Notes under the pieces: generated by a model | The model's input: the letters and a program-made list of their open reading frames with translations, nothing else | What the model was told of the DNA's origin: nothing | Databases searched by the model: none | Assembly (NCBI GenBank): GCA_963924565.1 | Contig: OZ004611.1 | Coordinates: forward strand, 20,646,001 to 20,710,000 | Source: Ascidiella aspersa | Taxonomy: Eukaryota | DNA: 64,000 nt | Reading direction: 5' to 3' | Shown: one piece after another, positions 60,101 through 64,000 of the stretch | Layout of the letters: every line of letters starts with the position of its first letter | How positions within the stretch are numbered: the stretch's first letter is position 1 | Position numbers and translations under genes: made by a program

Positions 60101-63100
60101 TGTCTGAAAAGTCGTAGTGACTACTGTCCTTGGAAGCAGAGTCACTAGAGTGCTTGGTGTTTGCTCAAGGGGTGTGTGCGCGGGCAAAGACTGACTTTCA
60201 CATTGCGTAGGGTTTCACGGGCTCGCAGCAGCTGTTGCCAAGTGCTTCACGGGCGCTATCTAGATCCTTCGTAGTCGAAGTAGGCGATAAAGTACACTGC
60301 AGCTTTGGCGGTGATGCGATGTCAAACCGAACTTTTCGATACCAACTGGGACGCTATATTTACGTAGAGACAAGCGTTAAGTGTCACCACTCCATAGCGC
60401 GGTGTCTTATTTCTTTGTAAATTTTAGTTCGCGCCCTCACGGCGTAAACACTCCGCCCTCGCCGGCTTTCAATTAGTACGATGTTTATGCCAAGACAGCG
60501 GGTACGCGGGAAAGGACTGCCACATTTGAATATTGCTTTCGTTTTTGAGTGCGCTGGCACGCCGCCAGGGTTTTAAATGTCGTCTGCCCTCGTAAAGGCA
60601 GATGCCATCAAAAGTCTCCTGTTCGAAACGTGAGTGCTGGGAAAGGTTGACTAGAAGAGGGTGAAAGCCAACCATTGCATTTGCAGACTACTTGCAATAT
60701 AATCTATACACTCGTTAATAAACAGTAGCCAACGATTTTTTTTTTAATTGTCCACTTTATTTGTCAGCAAGTGTTGTTTGCAAAAGTGTATAGAATTGAA
60801 ATTGAGTGAAAGCGCACACCTTTAGTTTATTTATAAAACAAACAATAATATCTCATCTCACATTTGCTTAAACCGAATGATTAAAATCAATGTTTATATT
60901 TACACGACACATGACATCTAAACAACAAAAACAGAAAACAATCTTATGAACGCCTTGTTGATGAACGCCCTGAGCGCGAACGCAATGCTCACCAGTTTAA
61001 CACCTAATGCATCGCGCCGGTCTAATTGCTTGTCAAATGGCGCATCGTAAATAACGCTTGTTTACGTCGCGACGCAAGTTTACGGCGGGATTTAGCGCCG
61101 TTCAGTGTCGCGTGGGTTCTTTCCCGTTTGTTCACCTTCTATTTGACAAGTCCATCGAGGCGAGTCGGACACATAAAGCCCAAGCCGATATAGTCGCTTG
61201 AAGATTGACGGTTTCGGCCATCGGCCTAATTGGCAAAGGTGATTGAGCTTGTACTGTTGGTGTTATAACCTAACGGCGATTTGGAGCTGATGAACCAAGG
61301 TTGTCGTGCTTGACCTTGACAAATTAAACCTGTTGTGGTGTAGATGATGGCGGCATATACGGTCGATCGATTAAATTCGTGTATCGATTCATACCTTCGG
61401 TAAATTACTTCGTGGCTGTTTTACTGCGTGTAGGTAAATCGGGCATCAAAAGGACTAACAAGCAGGCGGTTGAGCATTCTTACTGTTGCGCTAAAATGAC
61501 AAAATACCTCACTATCCCATTTTTGAGGTTATGTCAAACAGTCCCTAAGGGAATGGGAAAATCAATGGAATATTGCTTCATTTGTCAATGCTGGTTGTTT
61601 TTGTTCTAATTTAATAGTTTTAATGCACGAATACACCGTTGCTGCTTTTACCGTCGTAATTCCCTCGACTATTTGTAAACCGTCAAACTGGAATGGTATT
61701 TTATTAGTTTAAACCGGAGAAAAGCGACGGCAGAATTCGTTCTTTATTTGTCGCACAGTTTTAAAGTTATGTTTTAGTTTTCTGTTCCGTTTGTGTGGTG
61801 TGAGAATGGAGGGCAGTTAAATTAAATTGTGTGTTAAGAGCACGGAGGCAGTTAAATTGAAAGGTCCTAATTTTAAGAGACAAACGCGCGGTTACTTCCT
61901 TTGTTGAGCAATTAGGAGAAAATTCGGGCGCAGACAGAGCTAAAAAACAGAGCCGGTATTTCAAAAGCGATCGCATGAAACCTACGTTTCTCCAGCGCTC
62001 TGATGAAAGGTCTGGTGTTCTGTCGCCTTGTAGATTCTGCGCGGCGCAAACGGGACTTCTCCTTCGCAGCCTCCATCGTTTCGTTTAATACACTAATACA
62101 GTCGCCAGGGCCGACTTCAAATAGTCGGACCGAAAGCATGACTCCCCACGGTCAAATCAGCCGACTGGGATCCGACTCCCGCGGGTCCATTACGATGTTA
62201 CAACATAGCAGAGCCAGCCAAACAGGCCTGCCTTTTGTCACTTGGCATCCTGTCTCTCCCTTTCTCTCGCATCTAGCGGGCTTCTCGTTCATCCGAATCT
62301 CTGACGAGACGAGGCGAGGCGCTTTGAGGTGGTAATTTGTCAAGATAGGCTTTGGCCGTTTTATCGACCCCTGCTTTGACCCGACAAGGCGGAAAAGCGT
62401 TAGAAAGTGTCTTGGTGATAAATTTTCCCAGTTTTTTGTAACTCGTGGTGTACGGCCAAAGTAATACTGCTGTTTGTAAGTTCAACTTATCGTATTGAAA
62501 GTTATACCTTTTGCTTTGTTTTAAATTGCCCGGAAACTGCAGAGCACAATAGGCATGTGCGTTTTTTGAAGTTAACCAACTTCAGAAAGGTTTCTAAAGG
62601 CATTCAGCTGCATCGGCGAACAGCTTATCACACTAGGATTCGTTGTATACTTCTTCTCAACACTACATCAAATCTGAACGCAAATGTCATGGTCAAGTTT
62701 CCCAGGCCAATACTCTAATCCATTTGTCACGTTTCGCAGCCGTTAAAACTGAAGCGCCGACCGCCTTATTTAAGGGCTTGTTTTTAGATAAAGTAACAAA
62801 CAAAAGCCCCAAATCGATGCGCCAACTTTGGCCAAATTCGAGATTAATGGATACTCTGCGTAGCCAAGGTAATGTCAAAAGCCTGTTGACATTCACGAAC
62901 CAAAACCTGGTTTCCGCGCCGTATCACACAGTGGTCAGCGCTGTTGTTTTAACGACCACAAAGCGAAGCAATTAACCAAGAAGATACGATCCGCTTAGAA
63001 TAGTGGCCAAAAACGGGATCCAATCTGGAATTTTGTGTATTGTTTTTTTTCTATGGAAATAACCTATGTTAGGGAGATAGTACAGCATAAATTATAGGCA

Positions 63101-64000
63101 TTTGAACGCACGGAACAAGGTTTCTGTTCTTGCATTTACTTCATTTTGTGTAACTCAAGCCACTCAAATGCCCATGTGAGCGGAGTTTTTTATACATTGC
63201 TCCAAAAAAAGAGATAGCGTTCTGCAGTTATCATCGGGTCCGTCCCCAATGCCCTAAGAAGAAAATAAGTTGTTTGGTTGCATTTTGCTCTCCAGCAAAC
63301 AGCAAAACATTCCCTTTGTGTTTGCTCTTTACCCTGCGTTTTAGGAAACAATCTTTTGAACTAACTAATGCAAACAACAAGGGCATAATCTAACAAACTC
63401 TATCTGAGCCGCCATCCTAAAAGTGTCCGAAGCGTAGTTGTGTCCGAAGTCCTTTTCCTGGACAGAAGAATAACTAAGCAAAGTGGTACAAAGGAAGAGC
63501 CCAGCAGATTGCTCATTAATTCCTCAATACGCCATGCACTCACGCACAGGAGAGTATTCATGCTTGTCATGCCGCTTATGCAAGGAACGACCGCCGTCCG
63601 TGTTGCCGGAGAGACCGATAAGATCGCGTAAGCTGTTTAAGACCCGGTCACTGAATTATTTAACGGCTCTTGATGATTCTGCAAGCAAGCGCCGCGGCGA
63701 AAGGTGTCTGGTCTTGTTTCACGCAAAGCGGTCCGAAACAAATGGAAGACCCAAAATCGCACACCTGTTTCGCTTGTTTATTCTTTCCTCTCATGCTTTC
63801 AGGTGTCCCGCCATAGGTTTTCGGTTTGTTTATCTTTTAATGAGACAACTCGTCGAACAGCGACTGTTCTGTCCCTAAACCTATAGTGTAATTGGATTGC
63901 CGCACCTAAGAGTTTCAACGCTGTTTCGCTCGAAATGAAAACAGCGTGTTTTTTTCGGTCATGCTCGATTTGAAGCTGAACACAAACTACTGCATGACGA

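Noticed and set aside
55000-64000. Numerous 60-130 aa ORFs
   Set aside because: No motifs, mostly non-ATG starts and no consistent splice signals; expected by chance in more GC-balanced non-coding DNA.

Overview
AT-rich, intron-rich animal genomic DNA. The short introns and the repeat content suggest an invertebrate chordate such as an ascidian; this is inference, not an identification. Four + strand genes: (1) a complete 12-coding-exon ANKRD11/ANKRD12-like chromatin regulator (216-20863, 1405 aa as spliced here) whose intron 10 holds an intact, very young Ty3/gypsy (Mag-type) LTR retrotransposon (14467-19272; identical 248-bp LTRs, GCGAT TSD); (2) a 7-exon GT31 beta-1,3-glycosyltransferase (23589-27300); (3) an MS4A/CD20-like four-TM gene (~30884-38184); (4) the first coding exon of an unidentified secreted pre-pro-protein (48787-48966), followed by >15 kb of non-coding DNA. 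Introns and intergenic DNA carry many non-autonomous hAT elements with 8-bp TSDs, some nested, and a repeat with an internal tRNA-like Pol III module. The most unusual signal is a set of minimal type-I hammerhead ribozyme motifs of the kind carried by Penelope-like retroelements. They belong to at least three unrelated sequence families, two of which sit in long fold-back palindromes (41804-42139 and 32413-32620), and there is no Penelope ORF in the window.
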